Source of the DNA: Halieaceae bacterium UBA4452
GTDB taxonomy: Bacteria > Pseudomonadota > Gammaproteobacteria > Pseudomonadales > Halieaceae
Assembly: GCA_002389505.1 (NCBI GenBank)
Contig: DGPA01000019.1
Span: 8 to 64,007 of the forward strand
Length of the DNA stretch: 64,000 nucleotides
Reading direction: 5' to 3'
Made by a program: the position numbers and the translations under genes. Shown here piece after piece: positions 29,178 to 37,938 of this stretch (positions are counted from its first letter, which is position 1; every line of letters begins with the position of its first letter). The notes below the pieces were generated by a model. It searched no databases. It saw nothing but the letters and a program-made list of their open reading frames with translations, and was not told where the DNA came from.

Positions 29178-29357
29178 AAAGATCCCAGCGTACCGCTGAC
29201 AGGTTCGCCCTTGAACCCTGCGGTTCAAGGTGGTGACCGCCGCACTGCATCAGACTTTCCGGTCATGCCGGACATGAGCAACAACAGCGTTCGGTGGTCC
29301 CCAGGTAATGCATTATCGGCTCGAGGACTTGCTGTCTGGCGAATACGCTAGGACGAG
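29178..29357 (-). ncRNA. ssrS: 6S RNA (sigma-70 holoenzyme-binding regulatory RNA)
   Basis: The minus strand reads ...AGTCCTCGAGCCGATAATGCATTACC...CACCACCTTGAACCGCAGGGTTCAAGGGCGAACC.... This parallels E. coli 6S segments (GUCCCCUGAGCCGAUAUUUCAUACC; CACCUUGAACCAAGGGUUCAAGGGUUAC). The 5' and 3' ends are complementary, forming a closing stem. It lies between zapA and ygfA exactly as in E. coli. The ends are approximate. Confidence 0.8.
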
Positions 29358-29363
29358 GAACAG

Positions 29364-29392
29364 TATAATGGAAAGTGGCTAGTTGATTTCAA
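29364..29392 (-). promoter_or_regulatory. Putative sigma-70 promoter for ssrS
   Basis: On the minus strand: TTGAAA (-35, plus coords 29387-29392), a 17-nt spacer, then ATTATA (-10, 29364-29369). The -35 lies inside the last codons of zapA. The predicted start near 29357 matches the 5' arm of the 6S closing stem. Confidence 0.5.
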
Positions 29393-29696
29393 GCTGTCTT
29401 AGCTGGTATAGGGCTTCATCCAACTGACTATTTAGGGTGGCCACGCGATCCTCATGATTGTCGATACCATGGGGCGCTCCGCTATTGCGAGAGTGAAGCA
29501 AGTCATAGCTTAAGTTTAACGCCGCCATGATGGCCACCCGCTCCAGTCCAATAACCTTCCCTGCGGCCCTAATATCACGCATTTGGACATCTAAGTGTCT
29601 GGCGGCGTCAAGCAATTCTTCTTCTTGTTCCGGCGGGCAAGCTACTTGATATTCCTTGTCGAGAATTTCTACAGTAATGGTGGGCACGCGATTCAT
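29379..29696 (-). CDS. zapA: Cell division protein ZapA
   Basis: 105 aa; VEILDKEYQVACPPEQEEELLDAARHLD...MAALNLSYDL is typical of ZapA. It has an ATGA overlap with the upstream coiled-coil gene. Confidence 0.88.
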   Translation of the reverse strand: MNRVPTITVEILDKEYQVACPPEQEEELLDAARHLDVQMRDIRAAGKVIGLERVAIMAALNLSYDLLHSRNSGAPHGIDNHEDRVATLNSQLDEALYQLRQLEIN

Positions 29697-29905
29697 TGGC
29701 CACTGCTCTCTATAGCCCGTAACCTTTCAAGTGTCGTGCTGATGTGCGTTTCTGCGTTCCGCTGACGTTCTAGCAACTCGCGCCGTTCTCGCTGCAATTC
29801 AGCCGTGCGAATTTTTAGCTGATGGTTTTCATGGTTGAGCTCGCGGCTCAACTCAATGAGTTCCGCCACTTTGATTTCTAGCGCTTGGATGAGTTTCTCT
29901 GCCAC
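29693..29905 (-). CDS. Small coiled-coil protein upstream of zapA (ZapB-like / TIGR02449-like)
   Basis: 70 aa; heptad-rich (LEIKVAELIELSRELNHENHQLKIRTAELQRERRELLERQ). GTG start; translationally coupled to zapA. Confidence 0.55.
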   Translation of the reverse strand: MAEKLIQALEIKVAELIELSRELNHENHQLKIRTAELQRERRELLERQRNAETHISTTLERLRAIESSGQ

Positions 29906-30053
29906 GACAGTTACACTAATCTCTCAGGTGTTGATCACTATAGGGTCGGCATGCAAAGCGGTCAATGGTGTATTAGCAGTATTAGCGCTTAAAAACCTTT
30001 ATGATTCAGACCACTGCCGCTGAAAGTGCGGAGACTTATTAATTCTTGCGCCA

Positions 30054-30650
30054 GTGTGCGCAGAGGAAAATAGTGTGCTGGTAGACTCGCTCGGTGACTA
30101 CGAAGATATGCCAAGTTGGTCCGAATGCGCCGATGTCTTGTTTGATGCTGGCTTGACGCTCAATCCTTCGGAGCTGCACGGGGCAATCAGCGGCATGCTC
30201 GGCGCGGGCCGCAGGTCGGCTAGCCCGGAAGATCGTGACTACGGACTGCTGATTTTAGAGAAGGCCTTAGCGGTTGATCTGCAAGGTGAAGTCGCTGAGT
30301 TCACCGGCCGTCTCGTTGATGCGACACGTTCGGCGGTGGCAGATGCAGACTTTGCGTTTCGACCCCTGTTACCCGACGACGACGATCCCATTGACCAGCG
30401 ATTACTGTCTTTGGGATGCTGGTCCACGGGGTTTTTAACAGGCTTCACTCAGGCAGTAACAGTCACTAACAGTGCAGGCGATGTTGTGCCCCCGGATACG
30501 GCCGAGGCGCTGAAAGATTTCGCGGCTATCGCTCAAATCGATCCCAGCGAGGACGATGATGAACAGGTTGAGCGCGAGCTCGAGGAACTAATTGAATACC
30601 TGCGGGTAGCCGCAATGAACATTATGCATGATGCTATAGCCAACGAGTAA
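30054..30650 (+). CDS. ygfB: UPF0149 family protein YgfB
   Basis: SELHGAISGML..., LLPDDDDPIDQR, GFLTGF and the acidic tail EELIEYLRVAAMNIMHD are collinear with E. coli YgfB. It is followed by pepP-ubiH-ubiI as in E. coli. The exact start is uncertain (GTG 30054 or 30075). Confidence 0.78.
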   Translation: MCAEENSVLVDSLGDYEDMPSWSECADVLFDAGLTLNPSELHGAISGMLGAGRRSASPEDRDYGLLILEKALAVDLQGEVAEFTGRLVDATRSAVADADFAFRPLLPDDDDPIDQRLLSLGCWSTGFLTGFTQAVTVTNSAGDVVPPDTAEALKDFAAIAQIDPSEDDDEQVERELEELIEYLRVAAMNIMHDAIANE

Positions 30651-30667
30651 GGCAAGAGGAATAGGTT

Positions 30668-31981
30668 ATGACAATAAGTAAGAGTGAGTACGCCCGGCGC
30701 CGAAAACGATTAATGGACATGATGGCGTCAAACAGTATTGCATTAATTCCGGCGGCCAGTGAATGTACTCGCAGCCGAGATACTCAATATCCGTTTCGAC
30801 AAGATAGCGATTTTTTGTATCTCACGGGATTTGCCGAGCCGGATGGTGTGTTGGTGTTAATACCAGGCCGGCGCCATGGCCAAGTGCTCTTATTTTGTCG
30901 GGATCGAGACCCGACAATGGAGCAGTGGCATGGCTATCGAGCCGGCCCTGACGGTGCGGTCAGCACATTTGGGATGGATGACGCGTTTCCCATTGATGAC
31001 ATTGATGACATTGTGCCTGGGCTTGTCGAGGGTAAGCAGCATATCTACTACGCAATGGGCCACAACGACACCTTTGACCGAAGCGTCATGGCATGGGTCA
31101 ATCAAATTCGCAGTCAAGTAAGGACGGGTGCAAAGCCACCGGGTGACTTCACTGATCTTGCCTTTCTGTTACACGAACAGCGGTTGTTTAAAAGTGCCGC
31201 TGAGTTGCGCATTATGGCTAAAGCAGGCGATATATCTTCGCAGGCGCACTGTCAGGCAATGCGTGAATGTCGGCCCGGTCGTTATGAGTATCAACTGGAG
31301 GGCGCTATTGCCCGCACGTTTGCGGAACACGGGGCGCGGTTCCCTGCCTACAACAGTATTGTCGGATCGGGAGCCAATGCCTGTGTTCTGCATTACGATG
31401 AGAACCGAGATAGGTTAACCGACGGCGATTTGGTGCTTATTGATGCCGGATGTGAATACAAAGGCTATGCCGCCGATATCACTCGGACTTTTCCTGTCAA
31501 CGGTAAATTCAGTACTGAGCAGCGTGCACTGTATGATCTTGTTCTAAATGCCCAGCTTGCCGCCATTAAAAAGGTTCGGCCTGGCAACACATGGAATCAG
31601 CCCCACGATGCCACGGTGCGCGTCATCACCCGAGGCCTCATTGCGTTGGGATTACTCAAGGGCAACGAGAAACAGCTGATTAAAGACGGTGCGTATCGGG
31701 ATTTTTATATGCATCGCGCAGGGCACTGGCTGGGGATGGATGTCCATGATGTCGGTGATTATCGCATCGATGGTAAATGGCGGCAGTTGGAGCCGGGTAT
31801 GGTGTTGACCATTGAGCCGGGTATTTATGTGTCACCGACTAATACCAAGGTGCCAAAAAAGTGGCGCGGTATTGGTATTCGCATTGAGGATGACGTCGCG
31901 GTGACTGCGTCGGGCTGTCAAGTATTGACCGCAGGCGTGCCGAAAGTTGCCGACGATATTGAAGCTTTGATGGCTAGCTGA
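30668..31981 (+). CDS. pepP: Xaa-Pro aminopeptidase (aminopeptidase P)
   Basis: 437 aa with an AMP_N domain plus M24 metal ligands (LIDAGCEYKGYAADITRT, HWLGMDVHD, TIEPGIY, RIEDDV). Confidence 0.93.
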   Translation: MTISKSEYARRRKRLMDMMASNSIALIPAASECTRSRDTQYPFRQDSDFLYLTGFAEPDGVLVLIPGRRHGQVLLFCRDRDPTMEQWHGYRAGPDGAVSTFGMDDAFPIDDIDDIVPGLVEGKQHIYYAMGHNDTFDRSVMAWVNQIRSQVRTGAKPPGDFTDLAFLLHEQRLFKSAAELRIMAKAGDISSQAHCQAMRECRPGRYEYQLEGAIARTFAEHGARFPAYNSIVGSGANACVLHYDENRDRLTDGDLVLIDAGCEYKGYAADITRTFPVNGKFSTEQRALYDLVLNAQLAAIKKVRPGNTWNQPHDATVRVITRGLIALGLLKGNEKQLIKDGAYRDFYMHRAGHWLGMDVHDVGDYRIDGKWRQLEPGMVLTIEPGIYVSPTNTKVPKKWRGIGIRIEDDVAVTASGCQVLTAGVPKVADDIEALMAS

Positions 31982-31986
31982 AGGCA

Positions 31987-33240
31987 ATGACTGCGCGGAT
32001 TGTTATTATCGGCGGTGGCATGGTGGGATTGGGCTTCGCCGTGACCTGTCGCTACGCGCTCCCTAGCGCTAAAATTACGGTACTCGAGGCCCGCCCCATT
32101 CCCACCGGTACGCCTAGTCCTCTGGACACCCGTGCGTCAGCATTAAACTTAGCCAGTCAGTCGATTCTCACAGCGTTAGATGTCTGGAGCCCCATGGCTG
32201 CGTCAGCCGGTATCATTCATCAGATTCATGTGTCCAACCAGGCGCGTTTCGGTAGTGCAGTCATTGAATCGACTGACTTGGGCGTTGAGGCATTGGGTTT
32301 TGTGGTTGAAAACCATGTCATTGGTCGAGCGTTAAAAAACCGTGCAGACGCCTTGGGTATCGCTCTCGAGGCGCCCTGTGAGGTGCAACAACTGCTCACC
32401 GATCAACAGCAGCCCGGAGTGAGATTGGTCAATGGTGAAACAAGGCGGGCTGATTTGGTAATTGTGGCTGACGGTAGTCAATCGTCGCTGCGCCAACAGT
32501 TGGGTATTGATGTGCAGTGGCATTGCACCGAACAGCATGCGGTGGTGGCCAATGTAAGTTTTGCTGGCGTTCAGCAGGGCATTGCTTTTGAGCGCTTTAC
32601 CCCCACCGGTCCCATGGCGTTGCTGCCATTACCTGACACCAGCGTAGCTGAGCAGCGTTTTAATGTCGTGTGGTCGCTCAATGAGGCGCGTGCAGCGCAG
32701 GTTATGGCTTTGGACAGCGACGCATTTTTATCGCAGTTGCAGGCCGCATTTGGCTGGCGATTAGGTCGTGCGCTGCGGGTCGGGCGCCGCAGTACCTGGC
32801 CGTTAAATCGGGTGCGTGTCCGAGAGCAGCGCCGTTCTGGCTTCTTAATTGCGGGTAATGCTGCCCATGGCATTCATCCGGTAGCAGGACAAGGGCTCAA
32901 TTTGTCGCTGCGCGACGCGGCCAGTCTTGGTGCGAGCCTCAAATCATGGAGCCATCAAGGTGTCGCACTGGGTGACTCGCAGGTGCTCAGAGATTATGAA
33001 GCCCGGGTGATAGCAGATCAGGATCGGATAGTAGAGGCCACAGATAGGTTGTCGACACTTTTTCAGACCCGAGGCCTGGCATTGGATTTGCCGAGAGATG
33101 CAGCGCTGACGCTGTTAGATGTTCTAAAACCCTTACGTCGCTCGATTGCTCAGCGAGGTACAGGCTTAGATGTGTTGGCCAAGCCCGCGTGGGCGCCACT
33201 TTTTTCAGCAGACGAATCCGATGTGCAGGTCACTGGATGA
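31987..33240 (+). CDS. ubiH: 2-octaprenyl-6-methoxyphenol hydroxylase (UbiH-type flavin monooxygenase)
   Basis: FAD fold IVIIGGGMVGLGFA and AGNAAHGIHPVAGQGLNL; positioned after pepP. Confidence 0.85.
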   Translation: MTARIVIIGGGMVGLGFAVTCRYALPSAKITVLEARPIPTGTPSPLDTRASALNLASQSILTALDVWSPMAASAGIIHQIHVSNQARFGSAVIESTDLGVEALGFVVENHVIGRALKNRADALGIALEAPCEVQQLLTDQQQPGVRLVNGETRRADLVIVADGSQSSLRQQLGIDVQWHCTEQHAVVANVSFAGVQQGIAFERFTPTGPMALLPLPDTSVAEQRFNVVWSLNEARAAQVMALDSDAFLSQLQAAFGWRLGRALRVGRRSTWPLNRVRVREQRRSGFLIAGNAAHGIHPVAGQGLNLSLRDAASLGASLKSWSHQGVALGDSQVLRDYEARVIADQDRIVEATDRLSTLFQTRGLALDLPRDAALTLLDVLKPLRRSIAQRGTGLDVLAKPAWAPLFSADESDVQVTG

Positions 33241-34430
33241 ACGAGACCGATGTCATTATTGCAGGGGCGGGAATTGCCGGGTTAAGTCTGGCCGCGTTGT
33301 TATCTCAGCGAGGCTTGCGAGTCGTTGTTGTAGATGGCGCTCCCCACCCTGATCGCCTGGGGCCATTGGGCGCCGGCGTAAATGATTGGGATCGTCGCGT
33401 CAGCGCGCTGACGCCTGCTTCAAGCGCTTTATTGACCGACATAGGCGCATGGGCCGCTATCGTGGAGAAGCGAAGTGCCGCCTATGACAGTATGCGCGTT
33501 TGGGACGCCGAGGGCACTGGCGCCGTTGCCTTTACCGCGTTCGAGGTTGGCGCGCCAGACTTAGGCCATATTGTTGAAAATCGAATAACGGTTGACGCAT
33601 TACTCGGCGTGCTCGAGCGCGAAAAGACTGTAGCCGTGCGCTGGAATGATCCCATTATCGCCGTTAATAACCACCATACCGCAGGGGTGCAAGTGACCAC
33701 TGAGAACGGCGATCGTGTGACGGCCCCTCTGCTGGTGGGTGCTGATGGCGCCAAGTCAATCGTTCGAAGGCAGCTGGGTTTCCGCGTTCGACAGTGGTCA
33801 TATGAGCAGAGCGCTATTGTCGCGACGATCGCACTTGAGCAGCATCATAATGCCAGGTGCTATCAAGCCTTTTTAGCCACCGGACCGCTGGCCTTGTTAC
33901 CCTTGGCTGATCCCTTGTTATGCTCCATCGTCTGGTCTCTCGACACCTCTTCGGTGGATGCCGTTCGGGCGTTAACAGATGCGGATTTTGTCCTGGCCTT
34001 GAACAGGGCACTGGGTGATCAAGCGCCCCCCGTTGCTAAGGTGGGCGCTCGAGCTATGTTTCCACTACAGCAATGCCATGCTGTCGATTATGTCCAGACC
34101 AGAGTGGCCTTGGTAGCTGATGCTGCGCACGCAATACACCCCTTAGCTGGGCAGGGCATCAATTTGGGTTTGGCTGATGTTGGCGTGCTTGCAGATGAAA
34201 TTGAGCAGGCGACAAGTGCGCAGGTAGATTGGGGTGACTTAGCGGTGCTCCGCCGTTATCAGCGTCGTCGGAAAACCGAAAATTTGGCGACAATGGCAGC
34301 CATGGAAGGCTTTAAGCGTGGCTTTGGCAGTGGCAATCCAGCGCTTCGTGTGTTGCGCAATGCGGGCCTATCGTGGGTAAATAAAAGTCCACACATTAAG
34401 CGATGGCTGACAATGCAGGCGCTCAGTTAG
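33237..34430 (+). CDS. ubiI: UbiI/VisC-type ubiquinone-biosynthesis flavin hydroxylase
   Basis: VIIAGAGIAGLSLA and VADAAHAIHPLAGQGINLG. ATG 33237 overlaps the ubiH stop (ATGA). The ORF-track start 33189 is probably too long. Confidence 0.8.
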   Translation: MNETDVIIAGAGIAGLSLAALLSQRGLRVVVVDGAPHPDRLGPLGAGVNDWDRRVSALTPASSALLTDIGAWAAIVEKRSAAYDSMRVWDAEGTGAVAFTAFEVGAPDLGHIVENRITVDALLGVLEREKTVAVRWNDPIIAVNNHHTAGVQVTTENGDRVTAPLLVGADGAKSIVRRQLGFRVRQWSYEQSAIVATIALEQHHNARCYQAFLATGPLALLPLADPLLCSIVWSLDTSSVDAVRALTDADFVLALNRALGDQAPPVAKVGARAMFPLQQCHAVDYVQTRVALVADAAHAIHPLAGQGINLGLADVGVLADEIEQATSAQVDWGDLAVLRRYQRRRKTENLATMAAMEGFKRGFGSGNPALRVLRNAGLSWVNKSPHIKRWLTMQALS

Positions 34431-34466
34431 GCAACAGCAAGGACACCCGTAGAGACGATTTATCTA

Positions 34467-36074
34467 ATGAAGTGCACGCTCAGAAAAATGTCAGGATATT
34501 TGTACGGCTCGGTTCAGCCCGCAATCGCTATTTCAGTGGAAAAAGAGCCGCTAACTGATAACAAGCGGCGTGATGGCTTAACCGAATGTGCAGTCCTCTT
34601 TTCAAACATGTGTGAAATGCCAGAGCGGCCATTGTTTGATAACGTGGGGGCTGCCACTCCCAATGAATTTCTGACCCATCTTGTTGAGTCGCTGTGTGCA
34701 TTAAATACGCATTGCGGTGACCAGCGTTTCACCCCTATTAAATATTTAGACGAAGAAAACTATGAAACCTATATTGTTCCGACGGTTTCACCAGACCTTG
34801 CTGCGCTCAATTTTTCGTCGCTGACCACCTTTCTTAAGAAACATAAAGATCACTTAACGCTGGAAGCAGTCAAGGGTTTTGTCAACACTCTACGTGCTAA
34901 AAATAGGGTTTTTCTGCCGCTAGGCACCAACGCGATGAACTTCATTTTTGCGGCCATAGCCCGAAAAATTCCTTTTAAGATACTGTCCAACCGGCATATT
35001 ATTTTTGGTTATGGAAGTAGCTCTGTAATTTTTATGAGCTCAGTGACGTCTAGAGAAAATGCAGTTGGTGTGGACCTTGCCGACAGTAAACTGTTAACTA
35101 AAACATTATTGGGGCTGGCAGAATTGCCTGTGGCAAAGGGATTTGGGATTGATTCTATTGATAGTGCTGTAAAGCGAGCAAGTGAGATAGGTTATCCGGT
35201 TGTGTTGAAACCTGTGTGTGGCCGTCAGGGGCGTGGTGTTATCCCTGGTATCGCGTCTGAAGACGCCTTAAGGACTGCTTATTCACGTGTTAGGGCGACA
35301 GGCGAAAATAAGCTGCTTATAGAAAAGCACATATCAGGTGAGTGCCACCGAATTACTGTTCTCAACGGGAAAATAATCAATGCCTTTGAGATGCAATCAG
35401 CTCGCGTTGTCGGGGATGGTAAGTCATCTGTCAGCGATCTAATTGAGCAGGAGAATCTTCGACCGAGCCGTAATGTCGCGATCAGTTCAATGTGCAAGAT
35501 CATAGTAGATAATGACGTTATGGATATCCTGAAACAGCAGGGGATAGAGCTTGCTACGGTTCCTGAACAAGGCGATACGGTTTTTCTGGCCTTCGTTTCC
35601 AATGAGAGCAGAGGCGGAATGTATTATGAATGTACAGCGCGCTTGCATCCAGAAAATGCCAGGTTATGTATCGCAGTTGCTGAGACAATGAACCTATCGT
35701 TAAGTGGAATTGACTTTATATCAGAAGACGCATCAAAGCCGTGGTTCGAAAACAACGCCATGATTTGTGAGGTCAATGCGCAGCCGCAGCTAGGAGAGTT
35801 TGGTGAAGACAGCGAGATATTTTTCGCTGTTTTAGACTCAGCGCAGCCGATGGCGGTTCCCATAAATCTGACAATATCGAACGATGAAACCCATCAATCA
35901 TCTGGGCTCTTTAATAAGACCCTCAATGCAATAGATCTGTATCTCACTCCTGCTGAGGTGTTTCGCAATGGCTGTCCCGCACAGTACTTTACTACGCTTA
36001 CGATAGCTGAAAATGTGCCAATCAGTGTTCGTCGATCACTTATAGATGCGCTGGTGAGCATCGAGCCTTTATAG
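34467..36074 (+). CDS. Cyanophycin-synthetase-like ATP-grasp protein (N + G domains only, no Mur-ligase-like M domain)
   Basis: 535 aa. It is collinear with the CphA1 N-terminal half: ARKIPFKIL..FGYG, DSKLLTK, GYPVVLKPVCGRQGRGV, LLIEKHISGECHRITVLNGK, ARVVGDGKSSVSDLIEQEN, SNESRGG, LHPEN, SLSGIDFI, MICEVNAQPQ. No GTNGKT P-loop follows. The gene is markedly AT-richer than its flanks. The start codon has no obvious SD. Confidence 0.7.
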   Translation: MKCTLRKMSGYLYGSVQPAIAISVEKEPLTDNKRRDGLTECAVLFSNMCEMPERPLFDNVGAATPNEFLTHLVESLCALNTHCGDQRFTPIKYLDEENYETYIVPTVSPDLAALNFSSLTTFLKKHKDHLTLEAVKGFVNTLRAKNRVFLPLGTNAMNFIFAAIARKIPFKILSNRHIIFGYGSSSVIFMSSVTSRENAVGVDLADSKLLTKTLLGLAELPVAKGFGIDSIDSAVKRASEIGYPVVLKPVCGRQGRGVIPGIASEDALRTAYSRVRATGENKLLIEKHISGECHRITVLNGKIINAFEMQSARVVGDGKSSVSDLIEQENLRPSRNVAISSMCKIIVDNDVMDILKQQGIELATVPEQGDTVFLAFVSNESRGGMYYECTARLHPENARLCIAVAETMNLSLSGIDFISEDASKPWFENNAMICEVNAQPQLGEFGEDSEIFFAVLDSAQPMAVPINLTISNDETHQSSGLFNKTLNAIDLYLTPAEVFRNGCPAQYFTTLTIAENVPISVRRSLIDALVSIEPL

Positions 36075-36141
36075 TTCATCAGCTGAAGGTGATGTAGAGT
36101 CAGACGACAAACCTGTTAGGGTCAGGTGATGGTCTTTGGGT

Positions 36142-37938
36142 TTATCGGCTGCTCTGCCCACTGCCTGTGACGGCTTTGCGTGTGGTCAGTAGATTCTCAG
36201 GCGTATCATCCAAATAGCGGTAGGTCGTGAACCCAAAAAACATCTCGTGCATGGTTTGCAATCCGAAACGCACAGGCATGTTGGGGTTAGGGTTATAGGG
36301 GTTGCGATCAGAGTTATCCATAGCACCTTCGGCAATAAGGCGCGTTCCCGCGGGAAGAAGCACAGGCTCTTGCAGCTGATAATTAAACTGCCAGTTGAAG
36401 TCATACTTCGGCACCGATAACAGCACTTCCGAACTACCGTCGGGGTACTCGGCAATATATTTCATATGCTTGCCGCGGTAGTGCATGTGGGGCATTAAGC
36501 CATAGAGCAGGGCATCGCGTTCAAATTCCTGCACGCCCTCAAGCGGGTGCTCTTTGGTATTGGGGGGTATCAAAAATCGACGCTGACCCGCAGAGCCCCC
36601 AGACATAACGTACTTGGGAGGTTGGTCGTGTAGATAAATGCCAATCTGGGTTTCGTCGGTCGTTGCTTTCCCTGTGGTGGTGTAGTGCATTTGCAATAAC
36701 AGGCTGGAACCGGCGCGAATCAGTGCGCCGGAATTGTCCCGCCAAATATCGGGTTGACGTCCTGGGGCAAAGCCGCCAATCGAGTCACCGAGGGCGCCAT
36801 CGTCACTAGTAGTTCCGGCAGTACGATCAGCAGGACTCGAGAGGTAGGTGATGATGTGGTGCAGTACTTTGCGGTCCCCAGGGACGTATTCAACGGCCCG
36901 CAGCCAAACGTCTTGGTCAAGATTTAAGGGTACGGGTACGTAACGGTAATCAATGACCCCAGTTGCGGGTATTTTCTGAGCGGGCACTTTCAGGACAATA
37001 TCGGGCTCACCCATGGAAAACGTGGCATCGCTAAATGTCAGCGCTTTGAGCGGATCCGCCTGATCATCGCCCGGTGCCCCGGCATCAATCCAGTGCACCA
37101 AGGTTTGGAGTTCCTCAACGGACAGGCCCGCGGCCTCTTGCACCGGACGACCAATATGGGGGTCGAGCTGACCCGGAGGCATGCGCCGTGTCAGCAGTAC
37201 TTCTTTCATCATGCGTGACCAACCTTGCACCATGGCGTGCTCGGTCATGGCCCAGGGACCAATGCCACCCACCTGATGGCATTTCACACAGTGCTGTTCG
37301 AGTAGCGGGGCAATGTCGGTGGAATAGCTTGGAGGTGCCTTTGCGTGGCTTTCCTTTGCTGGAAAAGTAATGAGGCAGCCTGGCGCGTCGGGGACGTTGT
37401 CGGGCAGGAGAGTTCCCGCAAGGTAGGCGTCAAGGGCATCGCGCAAGTAGTGGTTTTCAGCTTCGGGCTTTTGCGTTTCATAGTGCAGCCGGTCATCTAC
37501 AGGCCCGCGATAAACAATCTCTTGAGTCTGGGGGTTGAGTATAAAAACTTCAGACGTGCGATCAACGCCCAGTGATTCAGCAATTAGCTGGGTTTCATCG
37601 ATGAGTATGGGAAAGTCATAACTAAAATGCACAGCCTCGGCGACAATACTCGCGCGGTTGTCTTGGGGTTGGGGGTTTAGCATAAAAAATTGTACGCCCC
37701 GATCGGTGTATTCGTCACGAATGGCGCGTAGCTGGGGTACGCTGTTACGAACAATCTGGCAGCCGTTGCCCTGCACAAAAATAACAATAGCCTTTTGATC
37801 GCCATACCAGCTTAGCTTATGGTGTTTGCCGGTTTGGTCGAGCAACGCGAAATCACCGATGCGCTGCGACGGTGTAGCCTGAACGAGTGGTCCCGCCATG
37901 ATACCCATTGCCAATGCCAGAACCGCGAACTTTTTCAT
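36142..37938 (-). CDS. Secreted tri-domain redox protein: thioredoxin-like (redoxin) + heme c (CxxCH) + copper type II monooxygenase-like domain
   Basis: 598 aa with signal peptide MKKFAVLALAMGIMAGPLVQA. There is a redoxin-like N-domain with a single Cys (GNGCQIV) and a CVKCH heme-binding motif at residues 217-221. His/Met spacing is PHM/DBH-like: HH 360-361, H418, HMH 484-486, M563/566. GGGAG SD upstream of the ATG. Confidence 0.6.
   Translation of the reverse strand: MKKFAVLALAMGIMAGPLVQATPSQRIGDFALLDQTGKHHKLSWYGDQKAIVIFVQGNGCQIVRNSVPQLRAIRDEYTDRGVQFFMLNPQPQDNRASIVAEAVHFSYDFPILIDETQLIAESLGVDRTSEVFILNPQTQEIVYRGPVDDRLHYETQKPEAENHYLRDALDAYLAGTLLPDNVPDAPGCLITFPAKESHAKAPPSYSTDIAPLLEQHCVKCHQVGGIGPWAMTEHAMVQGWSRMMKEVLLTRRMPPGQLDPHIGRPVQEAAGLSVEELQTLVHWIDAGAPGDDQADPLKALTFSDATFSMGEPDIVLKVPAQKIPATGVIDYRYVPVPLNLDQDVWLRAVEYVPGDRKVLHHIITYLSSPADRTAGTTSDDGALGDSIGGFAPGRQPDIWRDNSGALIRAGSSLLLQMHYTTTGKATTDETQIGIYLHDQPPKYVMSGGSAGQRRFLIPPNTKEHPLEGVQEFERDALLYGLMPHMHYRGKHMKYIAEYPDGSSEVLLSVPKYDFNWQFNYQLQEPVLLPAGTRLIAEGAMDNSDRNPYNPNPNMPVRFGLQTMHEMFFGFTTYRYLDDTPENLLTTRKAVTGSGQSSR

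Noticed and set aside
34467-36074. Calling this gene cyanophycin synthetase (cphA)
   Set aside because: Only the N and ATP-grasp domains are present. The Mur-ligase-like M domain with its GTNGKT P-loop is missing, so the known cyanophycin chemistry is not possible. It is reported as a CphA-like orphan instead.
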